Shown: positions 45,955-55,327 of the stretch, one piece after another | How positions within the stretch are numbered: position 1 is the first letter of the stretch | How the letters are laid out: each line of letters opens with the position of its first letter | Assembly: GCA_049517555.1 (NCBI GenBank) | Contig: JBEKRY010000001.1 | Span: 700-64,699 of the forward strand | DNA length: 64,000 bases | Direction: 5' to 3' | DNA from: Candidatus Sulfotelmatobacter sp. | GTDB taxonomy: Bacteria > Acidobacteriota > Terriglobia > Terriglobales > Acidobacteriaceae | Made by a program: the position numbers and the translations under genes | Notes under the pieces: generated by a model | What the model was told of the DNA's origin: nothing | The model's input: the letters and a program-made list of their open reading frames with translations, nothing else | The model's database searches: none

Positions 45955-46920
45955 ATGATGGCGAGCAGCCGTAGGCAATTTCTTGCACAGTGCGCGGGCG
46001 CAGCAGCAGGAGCCTTGCTTCTGCCCGACTTGGCGCGCGCAGCGGGAAGTTCTGAACCCTCGGTGAAGTTTCCCACCGTCCCCAGGGAAAGGATTGCGGT
46101 GGCGGCGTATCCCTTTCGCGAATTCATCGTGGGCTGGAATGGGTGGGACGGGAAGACTCCCAGCTCCGTGCCGGCGTCGCGGCAGATCGAGCTAACGGAT
46201 TTTGCAGCGCACGTGGCCGAAAGATTCAACGTCCACAAGATTGAGCCCTGGAGCCCGATCTTTCCTTCGACTGATCCCAAATATCTCAAGCAACTCCGAA
46301 GCGCCGTGGAGAAAGCGCACTCCGCCATCGTCGACATCGCCGTAGATGCCGGTCATAGTCAGTACGCGATGGACGCAGACGAGCGCGAGAAGTCCGTGAC
46401 CGGAAGCAAACACTGGATTGATGTAGGTGCAGCGCTCGGCTCTCCGAGCATTCGCACGCACATTGACAGCGCCAAGGATTCGAAGCCGGATGTAGGACGG
46501 GCCTCGGATACTCTCGCGCGGGTGACTGATTACGCGGCCAAAAAGAATGTTGTCGTGCACCTGGAGAACGACAATCCGGTCAGTGAAGATCCGTTTTTTA
46601 TTGTGCAGATCATTGAAAAGGTCAACAGTCCGTGGCTGCGGGCGCTGCCGGATTTTGGCAACTCGGTCGCGGCGCACGACGAGGACTTCGCCTATCGCGC
46701 GATTGATGCGATGTTTGCGCATGCCTACGGCATCTGCCACGTGAAGGACGGCGAGGTCGATGATGATGGCAAAGCCTCGCATGTCGACCTGGCGCGGACC
46801 TTTGCGATTCTGAAAAAGCACGGATACAAAGGCTATTGTTCAATCGAGTACGACGCGCCGGGCGACCCTTATAAGCCTACCGCGGACCTGGTGGAGAAGA
46901 CGGCGGAATTTCTTTCGTAG
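45955..46920 (+). CDS. TAT-exported sugar phosphate isomerase/epimerase (xylose-isomerase-like TIM barrel) family protein
   Basis: ORF-track frame is 45847..46920, with the start at the Met at 45955. The twin-arginine signal is MMASSRRQFLAQCAGAAAGALLLP. Supporting blocks are VVVHLENDN and YCSIEYD. Confidence 0.6.
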   Translation: MMASSRRQFLAQCAGAAAGALLLPDLARAAGSSEPSVKFPTVPRERIAVAAYPFREFIVGWNGWDGKTPSSVPASRQIELTDFAAHVAERFNVHKIEPWSPIFPSTDPKYLKQLRSAVEKAHSAIVDIAVDAGHSQYAMDADEREKSVTGSKHWIDVGAALGSPSIRTHIDSAKDSKPDVGRASDTLARVTDYAAKKNVVVHLENDNPVSEDPFFIVQIIEKVNSPWLRALPDFGNSVAAHDEDFAYRAIDAMFAHAYGICHVKDGEVDDDGKASHVDLARTFAILKKHGYKGYCSIEYDAPGDPYKPTADLVEKTAEFLS

Positions 46921-46997
46921 CGGGGACAGCGGATTCCTCGCTTCGATCGGAATGAGAATGCTGTTCTTTGCAACGACAAGTTGTCTTGGAGAACTAG

Positions 46998-47609
46998 ATG
47001 GCGGGACAAGGCGTTCAGCGGCGGGAAATGTTGCGCATTCTCGGGACGGCCGCGGTCGCGGCGCAGTTTCCTGGGTTCAGCAAATGGGGATTCGCCTGCG
47101 GGCATGTCGGCAATGCTGCGTTGCAGATCAAGCCGGCAGAATATCGTCCGCAGTTCTTTACGGCAGCCGAGTATGCCATGGTGGAGCGGTTGGCAGAGAT
47201 CATCATTCCCAGCGACACTTCGCCGGGTGCGAAGGAAGCTGGTGCCTCGGAATTCATTGATTTCATGGTCGCCAGTAATCCCGAGGTGCAATATCCGTTT
47301 CGGATGGGCCTTGGTTGGCTGAACGCGCATGCTGAGGACTTAGACGGAAAGCGATTTACGGAACTGACGCCGGAACAGCAGACTTCCCTGCTGGAGCCGT
47401 TGGGGTTCAAGGACAAGGCGCGTCCGGGCGAAGAACCAGGGCGCGAATTCTTCGCCATGATGCGCGAGTACACGGTGACGGGCTTCTATACCAGCGAAAT
47501 CGGCTTCAAGGAACTGGACAATCCGGCGCTGAAGTTCTATGCCGAGTCGCCGGAGTGTCCGCACAAAGGCGATCCAGAGCACTTGCATCTTGCGCAGGCT
47601 CATTCCTGA
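46998..47609 (+). CDS. Gluconate 2-dehydrogenase subunit 3-family small subunit (TAT signal)
   Basis: 203-aa ORF with RREMLRILGTAAVAAQ and FFTAAEYAMVERLAEIIIPSD. It lies immediately upstream of a GMC oxidoreductase, the usual pairing. Confidence 0.6.
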   Translation: MAGQGVQRREMLRILGTAAVAAQFPGFSKWGFACGHVGNAALQIKPAEYRPQFFTAAEYAMVERLAEIIIPSDTSPGAKEAGASEFIDFMVASNPEVQYPFRMGLGWLNAHAEDLDGKRFTELTPEQQTSLLEPLGFKDKARPGEEPGREFFAMMREYTVTGFYTSEIGFKELDNPALKFYAESPECPHKGDPEHLHLAQAHS

Positions 47610-47666
47610 GAGCAGGATGCTCAGCCCGACGAAACCCAGATTACGGAAACCCAGATTACAGAAACC

Positions 47667-49340
47667 ATGAGCAAACAAATCTACGACGTGATCGTGATTG
47701 GAACCGGGGCCGGCGGCGGCATGACGATCAAGACGCTGTGCGAGGCAGGACTCAAAGTCTGTGCTCTGAATGCGGGGCGGAGGCTCGATCCGGAGAAAGA
47801 CTTTCGCTACCATCGCATGCCCTGGGACATGAAGTTCCGCGGGCTCGACGATCCTCAGCGGAAGGAATCTTTTGGCTACATGGATGGCGAGTACACCAAG
47901 GCGGCGTGGGACCACGAGATTCCGTTCACGGTTGCACCGGGCACGAAGTGGATGTGGCCGCGTTGCAACGCCGTGGGTGGCAAGACGAATTTCTGGGGGC
48001 GCAGTTCGGCACGCTTTGGCGATATTGATTTTCACGCCGCGTCGCTCGATGGCTACGACGTGGACTGGCCCATCACCCATGACGAGATCAGTCCGTACTA
48101 CACGCGTGTCGAGAAAATGATTGGCGTGGCCAGCACGGTGCAGAACCGGCCGAGCAATCCGGATGGCTCGTACCTGCGGCCATTCAACTTCCGTTGCCTG
48201 GATTTCATTCTGCAGTCGGGGTGCAACAAAGTTGGAGTTCCGTATTTACCGGATCGTTGCGCGCAACTTACGCAGCCACATGAAGGACATCCGGCATGCC
48301 ACTTCTGCGGAGAATGTACGACAGGGTGCGATGTGGGCGCATTTTTCTCGACGCCGTATTTTCTGCTGCCGAAAGCAGAGGCGACTAAGAATCTTGAACT
48401 GCGCACGAATGCGCTCGCGAAAAATGTTCTGGTCGACGAGAACGGGCACGCCGCGGGCGTGGCTTACATCGATCGCAAGACCAAGCAGGAAGTAGAAGTA
48501 TACGGGCGCGCCGTGGTGGTGGCCGCATCTTGCATTGAGTCGGCGCGCATCATGCTGAACTCGAAGTCGCGGTATTGGCCGAACGGCGTTGCGAATTCCA
48601 GCGGCCAGTTGGGGCGCAATCTTTGCGACCATCTTTACGGCGAGTCGGCTCGCGGATACTTGCCGCAATTGGTCGGTCAGCCCAGCTTCCCCGACCACGT
48701 GGGCGACAGCACGATTGCGTGGATGCCGCGCTGGCAAAATCTGAAAGATCCGCACGAGGAGAAATTCGTTCGCGGATATTCAGTCTATCCGGATGGTGGG
48801 TGCGGAGAGTTTCCCGGATTCGCGACCGACTTGGACGGGTTTGGGTCGTCGTTTAAGCGCGAGATCAAGCGGCGGTATCCTTCGCCGGTGAGCTTCGGCA
48901 TTCAAGCGCCATCGCTGCGCTCGGATACGAATTTCATGGACATCGATCCTGAGGTCAAAGATCCATTCGGGATTCCCGTGGCCCGCATGCATTTCGAGTG
49001 GGACGAAAACGTGCTGAAGATGTTCGAGCATTCGAAGCGGGTTTGCGCCGAGGTGCTGCGTGCCTCCGGAGGCGTGGTCGAAGGGTCGGGCGGCGATCCA
49101 GAAATTCCTGGGTTTAGCCTGCACGAAACCGGCACATGCCGCATGGGAAACGATCCCAAGAATTTTGTGACGAACCGCTTTGGGCAGACGCACGATGTGC
49201 CCAACTTGTATGTATGCGATGCCAGTGTGTTTCTGAATTGTACCGACAAGACGACGACCATCAGCATTCTGGCATTTTCGCTGCGCACATCTGAGCATCT
49301 GATCGAGAACTTCCGTCAGGGTGAACATAAGACCGCGTGA
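47667..49340 (+). CDS. GMC-family FAD-dependent oxidoreductase
   Basis: 557-aa ORF. It has YDVIVIGTGAGGGMT (FAD fold) and the C-terminal GMC block HETGTCRMG...NLYVCDASVF. Confidence 0.8.
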   Translation: MSKQIYDVIVIGTGAGGGMTIKTLCEAGLKVCALNAGRRLDPEKDFRYHRMPWDMKFRGLDDPQRKESFGYMDGEYTKAAWDHEIPFTVAPGTKWMWPRCNAVGGKTNFWGRSSARFGDIDFHAASLDGYDVDWPITHDEISPYYTRVEKMIGVASTVQNRPSNPDGSYLRPFNFRCLDFILQSGCNKVGVPYLPDRCAQLTQPHEGHPACHFCGECTTGCDVGAFFSTPYFLLPKAEATKNLELRTNALAKNVLVDENGHAAGVAYIDRKTKQEVEVYGRAVVVAASCIESARIMLNSKSRYWPNGVANSSGQLGRNLCDHLYGESARGYLPQLVGQPSFPDHVGDSTIAWMPRWQNLKDPHEEKFVRGYSVYPDGGCGEFPGFATDLDGFGSSFKREIKRRYPSPVSFGIQAPSLRSDTNFMDIDPEVKDPFGIPVARMHFEWDENVLKMFEHSKRVCAEVLRASGGVVEGSGGDPEIPGFSLHETGTCRMGNDPKNFVTNRFGQTHDVPNLYVCDASVFLNCTDKTTTISILAFSLRTSEHLIENFRQGEHKTA

Positions 49341-50587
49341 GCGACGAGCGCATGCCGGTCCCGGAACTCCCCCCGCACGCCAGAGCGAACCCCGGTCGGC
49401 TGCGAGAGTTGGCGGCGCTTTTCTTCAAGTTAGGCACAATCAGTTTCGGCGGCCCTGCGGCGCACATCGCATTGATGGAAACAGAGGTCGTCCGCAAGCG
49501 CCAGTGGTTGACCCAGCAACAGTTTCTCGATTTGCTGGGCGCGGCCAACCTGATCCCCGGCCCTACTTCCACAGAGATGGCGATCAACGTGGGTTTCGTG
49601 CGCGCAGGCTGGGTGGGTCTGTGCGTGGCGGGCGTGAGCTTCATATTTCCGGCCGCGGTGATCACCGGAGTATTTGCCTGGGCTTACGTGCGGTTCGGGG
49701 CCTTGACGCAGGCTGTGTCAGTGCTCGCGGGCATCAAGGCGGCGGTAATCGCAGTCATCGCGATCGCGATTTGGCGGCTGGGAAAAACCGCGGTGAAGGG
49801 CGTGGGCTTGGCTGTGCTGGGCGCGTTATCGCTTGCAGCATTCTTTCTTGGAGTGAATCCGATTGCGATTCTTTTTGGCGGCGGATTGCTCGGCATGTTG
49901 GCGCGACGGGCGGCGAGCGTTCGCACTGCTGCGGCTTTACTGATATCGCCCCTGCTCTCACGGCGACCGTTCGCTGCAAGCACACCGCGAGGAACGTTGA
50001 CTTTCCGGTTGCGACCGCTCGGCGCGATCGCTGTCACTTCGGCCGCAGTCGCTGGAATCCGGCCATCCGTCTATCAGATCGGACTGTTTTTTCTTAAAGT
50101 GGGCGCGGCGCTTTATGGCGGAGGATATGTTCTGCTGGCTTTCCTGGAGCAAGGGTTAGTTCAGCAACATGCGTGGCTAACGCATCGGCAGTTGCTGGAT
50201 GCGGTAGCGATCGGACAGTTCACGCCAGGTCCAGTGCTTTCGACCGCGACATTTATCGGTTACATTCTGGGTGGCGTACCGGGCGCTGCGGTGGCGACCG
50301 TGGCAATTTTTCTGCCGTCATTTTTCTATGTGGCGCTGTTGGCTCCGGTGCTGTTTCGCTTGCGGCAGTCTGCGTGGATGGCGTCATTTCTGGATTCGGT
50401 GAATGTTTGCGCCGTGGCTCTGATGGGTGGAGTCACGTTCAAACTGGCAGCGGATGCGTTGCAGGGATGGCCATCCTGGGTGATCGCTCCGGTGGCGCTG
50501 CTCGTGTTGTTGCGCTGGAAACTGAGTCCGGCGTGGGTCGTGCTGGGCGGAGGAATTGCCGGGCTGTTGCTGGCGGCGTTCCGCTAG
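49337..50587 (+). CDS. chrA: Chromate transporter (two-domain ChrA)
   Basis: 416-aa ORF whose GTG start overlaps the upstream stop (GTGA). It has FFKLGTISFGGPAAHIALME and a second-half repeat FFLKVGAALYGGGYVLLAF. Confidence 0.85.
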   Translation: MSDERMPVPELPPHARANPGRLRELAALFFKLGTISFGGPAAHIALMETEVVRKRQWLTQQQFLDLLGAANLIPGPTSTEMAINVGFVRAGWVGLCVAGVSFIFPAAVITGVFAWAYVRFGALTQAVSVLAGIKAAVIAVIAIAIWRLGKTAVKGVGLAVLGALSLAAFFLGVNPIAILFGGGLLGMLARRAASVRTAAALLISPLLSRRPFAASTPRGTLTFRLRPLGAIAVTSAAVAGIRPSVYQIGLFFLKVGAALYGGGYVLLAFLEQGLVQQHAWLTHRQLLDAVAIGQFTPGPVLSTATFIGYILGGVPGAAVATVAIFLPSFFYVALLAPVLFRLRQSAWMASFLDSVNVCAVALMGGVTFKLAADALQGWPSWVIAPVALLVLLRWKLSPAWVVLGGGIAGLLLAAFR

Positions 50588-50655
50588 CCCTCAGCGCCTC
50601 AAGCTATTCGTTTTTTATTCGCCTATCGTTTCCTTTTGTGGTAAATCTATAGGCC

Positions 50656-51255
50656 ATGCGAAAGGCCGTCAAGCATCTCAAGAAATCCGATCCGGTCCTG
50701 CGGGCGATTATTGAACGCGTGGGTGTGTGCCGCATGGAATTCGGAGAGCCTGAATTTTGCAGTCTGGCGGAGTCGATTGTTTATCAGCAATTGAACGGAA
50801 CTGCGGCGGCGACAATCTTTGGCCGCTTTGTAGCACTGGCCGGAGAGCCGCTCACTCCGGAAGGAATTCTTAAGCTGAGCGATGAGCAACTGCGAAGCGT
50901 CGGACTCTCGAAGCAGAAGTCGGCTTATCTGAAAGATTTGGCGGCGAAGACAGCATCTGGATTGCTCGATTTTGTGCGACTGCCTGAACTGTCGGACGAC
51001 GAAGTCATCCAGCATCTGACGCAGGTAAAAGGCATCGGCGAGTGGACGGCGCACATGTTTCTGATGTTTTCCTTGCGGCGTCCGAACGTGCTGCCCACGG
51101 GCGACTATGGCGTGCAGGTTGCCATGAAAAAACACTACAAGAAGCGCAAGCTTCCCAAGCCGAAAGATATGCAGAAGATCGCGCGGGCCTGGGAACCTTA
51201 CCGCAGCGTAGCTTGCTGGTATATGTGGCGGAGTCTGGACATCAAGACTGTTTAA
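50656..51255 (+). CDS. DNA-3-methyladenine glycosylase II-type HhH-GPD base-excision enzyme (AlkA-like)
   Basis: 199-aa ORF. It has LSKQKSAYLKDLA and the HhH-GPD block VKGIGEWTAHMFLMFSLRRPNVLPTGDYGV. Confidence 0.8.
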   Translation: MRKAVKHLKKSDPVLRAIIERVGVCRMEFGEPEFCSLAESIVYQQLNGTAAATIFGRFVALAGEPLTPEGILKLSDEQLRSVGLSKQKSAYLKDLAAKTASGLLDFVRLPELSDDEVIQHLTQVKGIGEWTAHMFLMFSLRRPNVLPTGDYGVQVAMKKHYKKRKLPKPKDMQKIARAWEPYRSVACWYMWRSLDIKTV

Positions 51256-51268
51256 CAAGACTGTTTAA
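51243..51268. repeat. Perfect 13-bp tandem duplication (caagactgtttaa x2) spanning the AlkA-like stop codon
   Basis: Read directly. Copy 1 is 51243-51255 and contains the TAA stop. Copy 2 is 51256-51268. Confidence 0.95.
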
Positions 51269-51367
51269 CCACAGAGGACACTGGGGACACCGAGGAATGC
51301 ATGGAACAGCATCTAATTCTTGGCGCCTCTGTGAACCCGTGCGCCCTGTGTGGTTAAATGGTTGGCG

Positions 51368-51787
51368 ATGGCTGACATGAAGATTCGCGTGCTGGTGGCA
51401 AAGCCGGGACTGGACGGGCACGATCGCGGGGCGAAAGTGATTGCACGAGCCTTGCGCGACGCAGGGATGGAAGTCATTTACACCGGCCTGCGGCAGACTC
51501 CAGAGATGATCGTGAGCGCGGCCCTGCAGGAAGATGTGCAGGTGATCGGGCTGTCGATTCTTTCCGGGGCGCACAACGCCATCGTGCCGCGCGTGATGGA
51601 CTTGCTTAAGCAAAACAAAATGGATGACGTGATTGTGGTGCTGGGAGGGATTATCCCGAACCAGGATATTGAGGGGATGAAGAAGATCGGCGTGGCCGCG
51701 ATTTTCCAGCCGGGCACGGCGATGGACGATATCGTCCAGTTCATTCGCACCCATGTAAAGGGTCCCGGCGTGCCGGCGGCCGGTTAA
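51368..51787 (+). CDS. Cobalamin (B12)-binding domain protein (methylmalonyl-/isobutyryl-CoA-mutase small-subunit type), with no mutase large subunit in the window
   Basis: ORF-track frame is 51350..51787. It has [37 protein letters not shown] (DxHxxG motif) and ...VVLGGIIP. Confidence 0.85.
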   Translation: MADMKIRVLVAKPGLDGHDRGAKVIARALRDAGMEVIYTGLRQTPEMIVSAALQEDVQVIGLSILSGAHNAIVPRVMDLLKQNKMDDVIVVLGGIIPNQDIEGMKKIGVAAIFQPGTAMDDIVQFIRTHVKGPGVPAAG

Positions 51788-52524
51788 TGGCGATGGCCGG
51801 ATTCAACGCGTCTCGCGCCCGGGAGATCCTCTCTCAAACCGTTGGTCCGGTTCCGTGGTATTGGAAAACTTTTCCCGCTTTCCGTTCTCTCGCCGGACGA
51901 CGCTTCGTCTGGTCCCATCATGGCGACCAAGGACCTATCGCCCACCTGGTAACTCTAGGCCTGGAGCAGGAACCGGACAAGGCTCGCCTCGCGCTCAACA
52001 CCTACTGCCGGCCGTTTCTGGTACCGCCGAATTTCGTTGGCATCTGGTGCCCGGAAGGGCGCAAGATTCGGCTGACCTGCTTCGATCCTGACCAGTTAGA
52101 AGCCTTTGATCTGGCGGAAGTCGCTGGCTGGTTCAAACCGTCCGCGGACCGCATTTACTCGGCAACCGCCCCAATTGCTGATTTCGAAGTGGCGCTCACG
52201 TTGGGCCCGGGCATGCACAAGATCGACACGCCCGCGGAGTTCACGACCGTCGACGAACTGATCATTCCCACCAGCTACAAGGCAATGTCGAACGATGACC
52301 CGGCCTTTGCACTTTTTGTTTTCTATCCGCAGGCGGGGCTGGTGGAAGTTTTGCCGCAGAAATGGTTTACGGCGGCGCAGTACCGCGTTGGCCAGCAGTG
52401 GATCCCGCGCGCCGCCCGCGATCCAGAGTCGCACCGCATCGTCGGCGAATGCTTTGACGTGGGAACGTTTCTTCTGGAAGAAGACGGCTGCCGGCTGGCG
52501 GAGTGGGTCGAGCGCAAAACCTGA
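51787..52524 (+). CDS. Hypothetical protein (245 aa), translationally coupled to the B12-binding gene
   Basis: The ORF has a TAATG stop-start overlap at 51785-51789. I recognise no motif. Codon usage looks native. Confidence 0.5.
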   Translation: MAMAGFNASRAREILSQTVGPVPWYWKTFPAFRSLAGRRFVWSHHGDQGPIAHLVTLGLEQEPDKARLALNTYCRPFLVPPNFVGIWCPEGRKIRLTCFDPDQLEAFDLAEVAGWFKPSADRIYSATAPIADFEVALTLGPGMHKIDTPAEFTTVDELIIPTSYKAMSNDDPAFALFVFYPQAGLVEVLPQKWFTAAQYRVGQQWIPRAARDPESHRIVGECFDVGTFLLEEDGCRLAEWVERKT

Positions 52525-52611
52525 GGCCACAGGGCGCATTGCGCGGTTCTGCCCGCGTGGTATACCGTAAACAGTTCGCGTCCTCGTTTCTCGACACATT
52601 ATTCTCAAGCC

Positions 52612-54321
52612 ATGCCTGATCGTAGCGAACCTCCAACCGTGAGCTCGTCCGCGCCCGCTAACGTCCTGCCGACGAGGGTTGATGCTACTTCCGCGCGCTT
52701 TGAAGCCAACATGCGTTTCCTGGCGGACTTGATGTCGCAAGTTCGCAACGAAGAAGAAACGGTTTCCGAAGGCGGCGGCGCAAAGGCCATCGAAAATCAG
52801 CATGCCAAGGGACGATTAACGGCGCGCGAGCGCATTGCGCTGCTGGCTGATCCGGATTCGTTTTTCGAGCTGGGCCTGTACGCGGCACACGGCATGTACG
52901 AAGAGTGGGGTGGCGCACCATCCGCAGGCGTGATCACCGGAATGGCGCGAGTTCAGACCCGGATGGTCATGATCATCGCCAACGACGCCACGGTCAAAGC
53001 TGGGGCGTTTTTTCCGATGACTTCAAAGAAGGTCATTCGGGCGCAGAACATTGCCGTTGAGAATCGCATTCCGACGATCTACCTGGTCGATTCCGCCGGC
53101 GTATTTTTGCCGCTGCAGGAAGATGTATTTCCCGACACCGACGATTTCGGCCGCGTGTTTCGCAACAACGCCGTAATGTCGGCGATGGGCATTCCCCAAA
53201 TCGCAGCCATCATGGGCATGTGCGTGGCGGGCGGCGGCTATCTGCCGGTGATGTGCGATCACGTGCTGATGACCGACGGCAGCGGATTGTTTCTTGCGGG
53301 TCCGGCGCTGGTGCAGGCGGCGATCGGACAGAAGGTTTCCGCCGAGGAGCTGGGCGGCGCGGCGATGCACTCGGCAATCAGCGGCACGGTCGATTTTCGC
53401 GAGGCGAACGACGAGGCCTGCATCGCGCGCATTCGCTCGATTGTGGAAAAGTGGGGGTACCGGCGGCTGTCTCCCTGGGACCGGAAGAAGCCAGTCGAGC
53501 CGGCGCTGACTGCCGAAGAAATCTACGGAATTTACGATTCGTCGCCGGCGCGTCCCTATGACATGAAAGAAGTGCTGGCGCGCGTGCTGGATGGCAGCCG
53601 CTTCGACGAGTACAAAGCGGAGTACGGAAAGACTCTGATCTGCGGCTACGGCCGCATCGGCGGTTTTGCCGTGGGAATTGTCGCCAACCAGAAACTGCAC
53701 GCGCAGCAGACGGATCATGAAGGCCACAAGCGAGTCGAGTTTGGAGGCGTGATCTACACGGAATCGGCAGAGAAAGCCGCACGCTTCATTATGGACTGCA
53801 ATCAGAATCTGATCCCGTTGATTTTTTTCCATGACGTCAACGGATTTATGGTGGGACGCGACGCAGAGTGGAGCGGCATCATCAAGGCGGGCGCGAAGCT
53901 GGTCAACGCGGTTTCGAATTCCGTAGTGCCGAAGATTACCGTGATCGTGGGCGGATCGTTTGGAGCCGGCCACTATGCGATGTGTGGGAAGGCGTTCGAT
54001 CCGCGGTTTGTGTTTGCCTGGCCGACAGCACGTTACGCTGTGATGAGCGGCGATTCGGCGGCAGCCACACTAGTTGAAATCAAAGTGAAACAGCTCGAGC
54101 GCGGGGGCAAGAAGTTGAGCGACGAAGAAAGAAAAGAACTGTACGAGTCGGTAAAGCGAACCTATGATGAGCAAACCGATCCGCGCTACGGAGCGGCGCG
54201 ACTGTGGATCGACAAGATCATCGACCCCATTGAAACACGGGATGCGATTACGCAGGCGCTGGAAGCGGCGGCGCTCAACCCGGATGTGCCGGAGTTCAAA
54301 GTTGGAGTGCTGCAAACCTGA
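52612..54321 (+). CDS. Acyl-CoA carboxylase carboxyltransferase (beta) subunit; the context suggests methylcrotonyl-CoA carboxylase beta
   Basis: 569-aa ORF with carboxyl-transferase blocks (GRLTARERIALLADPDSF, IIANDATVKAGAFFP, MGMCVAGGGYLP, AWPTARYAVMSG). HMG-CoA lyase and enoyl-CoA hydratase genes follow it. Confidence 0.8.
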   Translation: MPDRSEPPTVSSSAPANVLPTRVDATSARFEANMRFLADLMSQVRNEEETVSEGGGAKAIENQHAKGRLTARERIALLADPDSFFELGLYAAHGMYEEWGGAPSAGVITGMARVQTRMVMIIANDATVKAGAFFPMTSKKVIRAQNIAVENRIPTIYLVDSAGVFLPLQEDVFPDTDDFGRVFRNNAVMSAMGIPQIAAIMGMCVAGGGYLPVMCDHVLMTDGSGLFLAGPALVQAAIGQKVSAEELGGAAMHSAISGTVDFREANDEACIARIRSIVEKWGYRRLSPWDRKKPVEPALTAEEIYGIYDSSPARPYDMKEVLARVLDGSRFDEYKAEYGKTLICGYGRIGGFAVGIVANQKLHAQQTDHEGHKRVEFGGVIYTESAEKAARFIMDCNQNLIPLIFFHDVNGFMVGRDAEWSGIIKAGAKLVNAVSNSVVPKITVIVGGSFGAGHYAMCGKAFDPRFVFAWPTARYAVMSGDSAAATLVEIKVKQLERGGKKLSDEERKELYESVKRTYDEQTDPRYGAARLWIDKIIDPIETRDAITQALEAAALNPDVPEFKVGVLQT

Positions 54322-54432
54322 CATTGCCATGTATTTGCACGGATGTACCGGATCGGACGCTTAACCGCAACGTTTCTTATTTCTTGCCTTTTGGTCCGTG
54401 AAAGTTCGCATTAACCTGTGGCCGCTAAATTT

Positions 54433-55311
54433 ATGTCTGATCCGGTCAAACTGATTGAGTGTCCACGAGATGCCTGGCAGGGGCTGAAGGGGTTGATTCC
54501 TGCCGAACTGAAAGTAGATTACCTCAAGGCGTTAATCAGCGTCGGATTCAAACACATTGATGCAGTGTCGTTCGTATCGCCGAATGCCGTGCCGCAGATG
54601 GCGGACTCGGAAGAAGTGTTGAAAGAACTCGATCCGCCAGACGATGTGGAAATCATCGGTATCGTCGTCAACGAAAAGGGCGCGCAGCGGGCGATTGAGA
54701 CGAAAGCGGTATCGACGCTGGGCTTTCCCTATTCGATTTCCGAGACCTTCCTGCGCAAGAATCAGAACCAGTCGCCCGAGGCGGCGCTCGAAGAATTGGA
54801 GAAGATTCAGAACAAGGCCGACGACGGTGGGCTTGACGTTGTGGCTTATATCTCAATGGCGTTCGGAAATCCGTACGGCGACCTGTGGAATCCCGAAGAA
54901 GTGACCGAGGCGATCTCGCTGATGGAAGTGGACAATCTGAAAATGATCTCGCTGGCCGACACGGTGGGTATGGCAACCCCGCAGCAGGTCAGCGAACTGG
55001 TGGGCGCGGTGATGGCGAAGTTCGACTATCTCGAGATTGGCGTGCATTTGCACAGCCGCCCCCAGCAAGCAGCCGAAAAGATTCTGGCCGCCTACGATGC
55101 GGGATGCCGGAGATTCGATTCCGTGTTGGGAGGGTTGGGTGGATGTCCCTTTGCGCAGGACGCTCTGGTTGGTAACATCCCGACTGAGAAAGTTATCGAA
55201 GCACTCACGCAGCGAGGCGCTGAGTTGCCGGCGTTGAAGCCGTTGGATTCCCTGCTGAAGGCGGCGGCGGGGATCGGCGCAAAGTTTTCCAGTGCGGGTG
55301 CTGCGGATTAG
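54433..55311 (+). CDS. Hydroxymethylglutaryl-CoA lyase-family protein
   Basis: ORF-track frame is 54418..55311. It has VKLIECPRDAWQG, AVSFVSPNAVPQMADS, LADTVGMATP and GLGGCPFA. Confidence 0.75.
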   Translation: MSDPVKLIECPRDAWQGLKGLIPAELKVDYLKALISVGFKHIDAVSFVSPNAVPQMADSEEVLKELDPPDDVEIIGIVVNEKGAQRAIETKAVSTLGFPYSISETFLRKNQNQSPEAALEELEKIQNKADDGGLDVVAYISMAFGNPYGDLWNPEEVTEAISLMEVDNLKMISLADTVGMATPQQVSELVGAVMAKFDYLEIGVHLHSRPQQAAEKILAAYDAGCRRFDSVLGGLGGCPFAQDALVGNIPTEKVIEALTQRGAELPALKPLDSLLKAAAGIGAKFSSAGAAD

Positions 55312-55327
55312 AGTGCACTTTCAAGAT

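Noticed and set aside
51256-51367. A cobalamin riboswitch upstream of the B12-binding-domain gene.
   Set aside because: The spacer is only about 110 nt, and I cannot find a B12-box-like sequence or the multi-stem architecture. The gene product binds B12 as a cofactor, which does not by itself imply riboswitch control.
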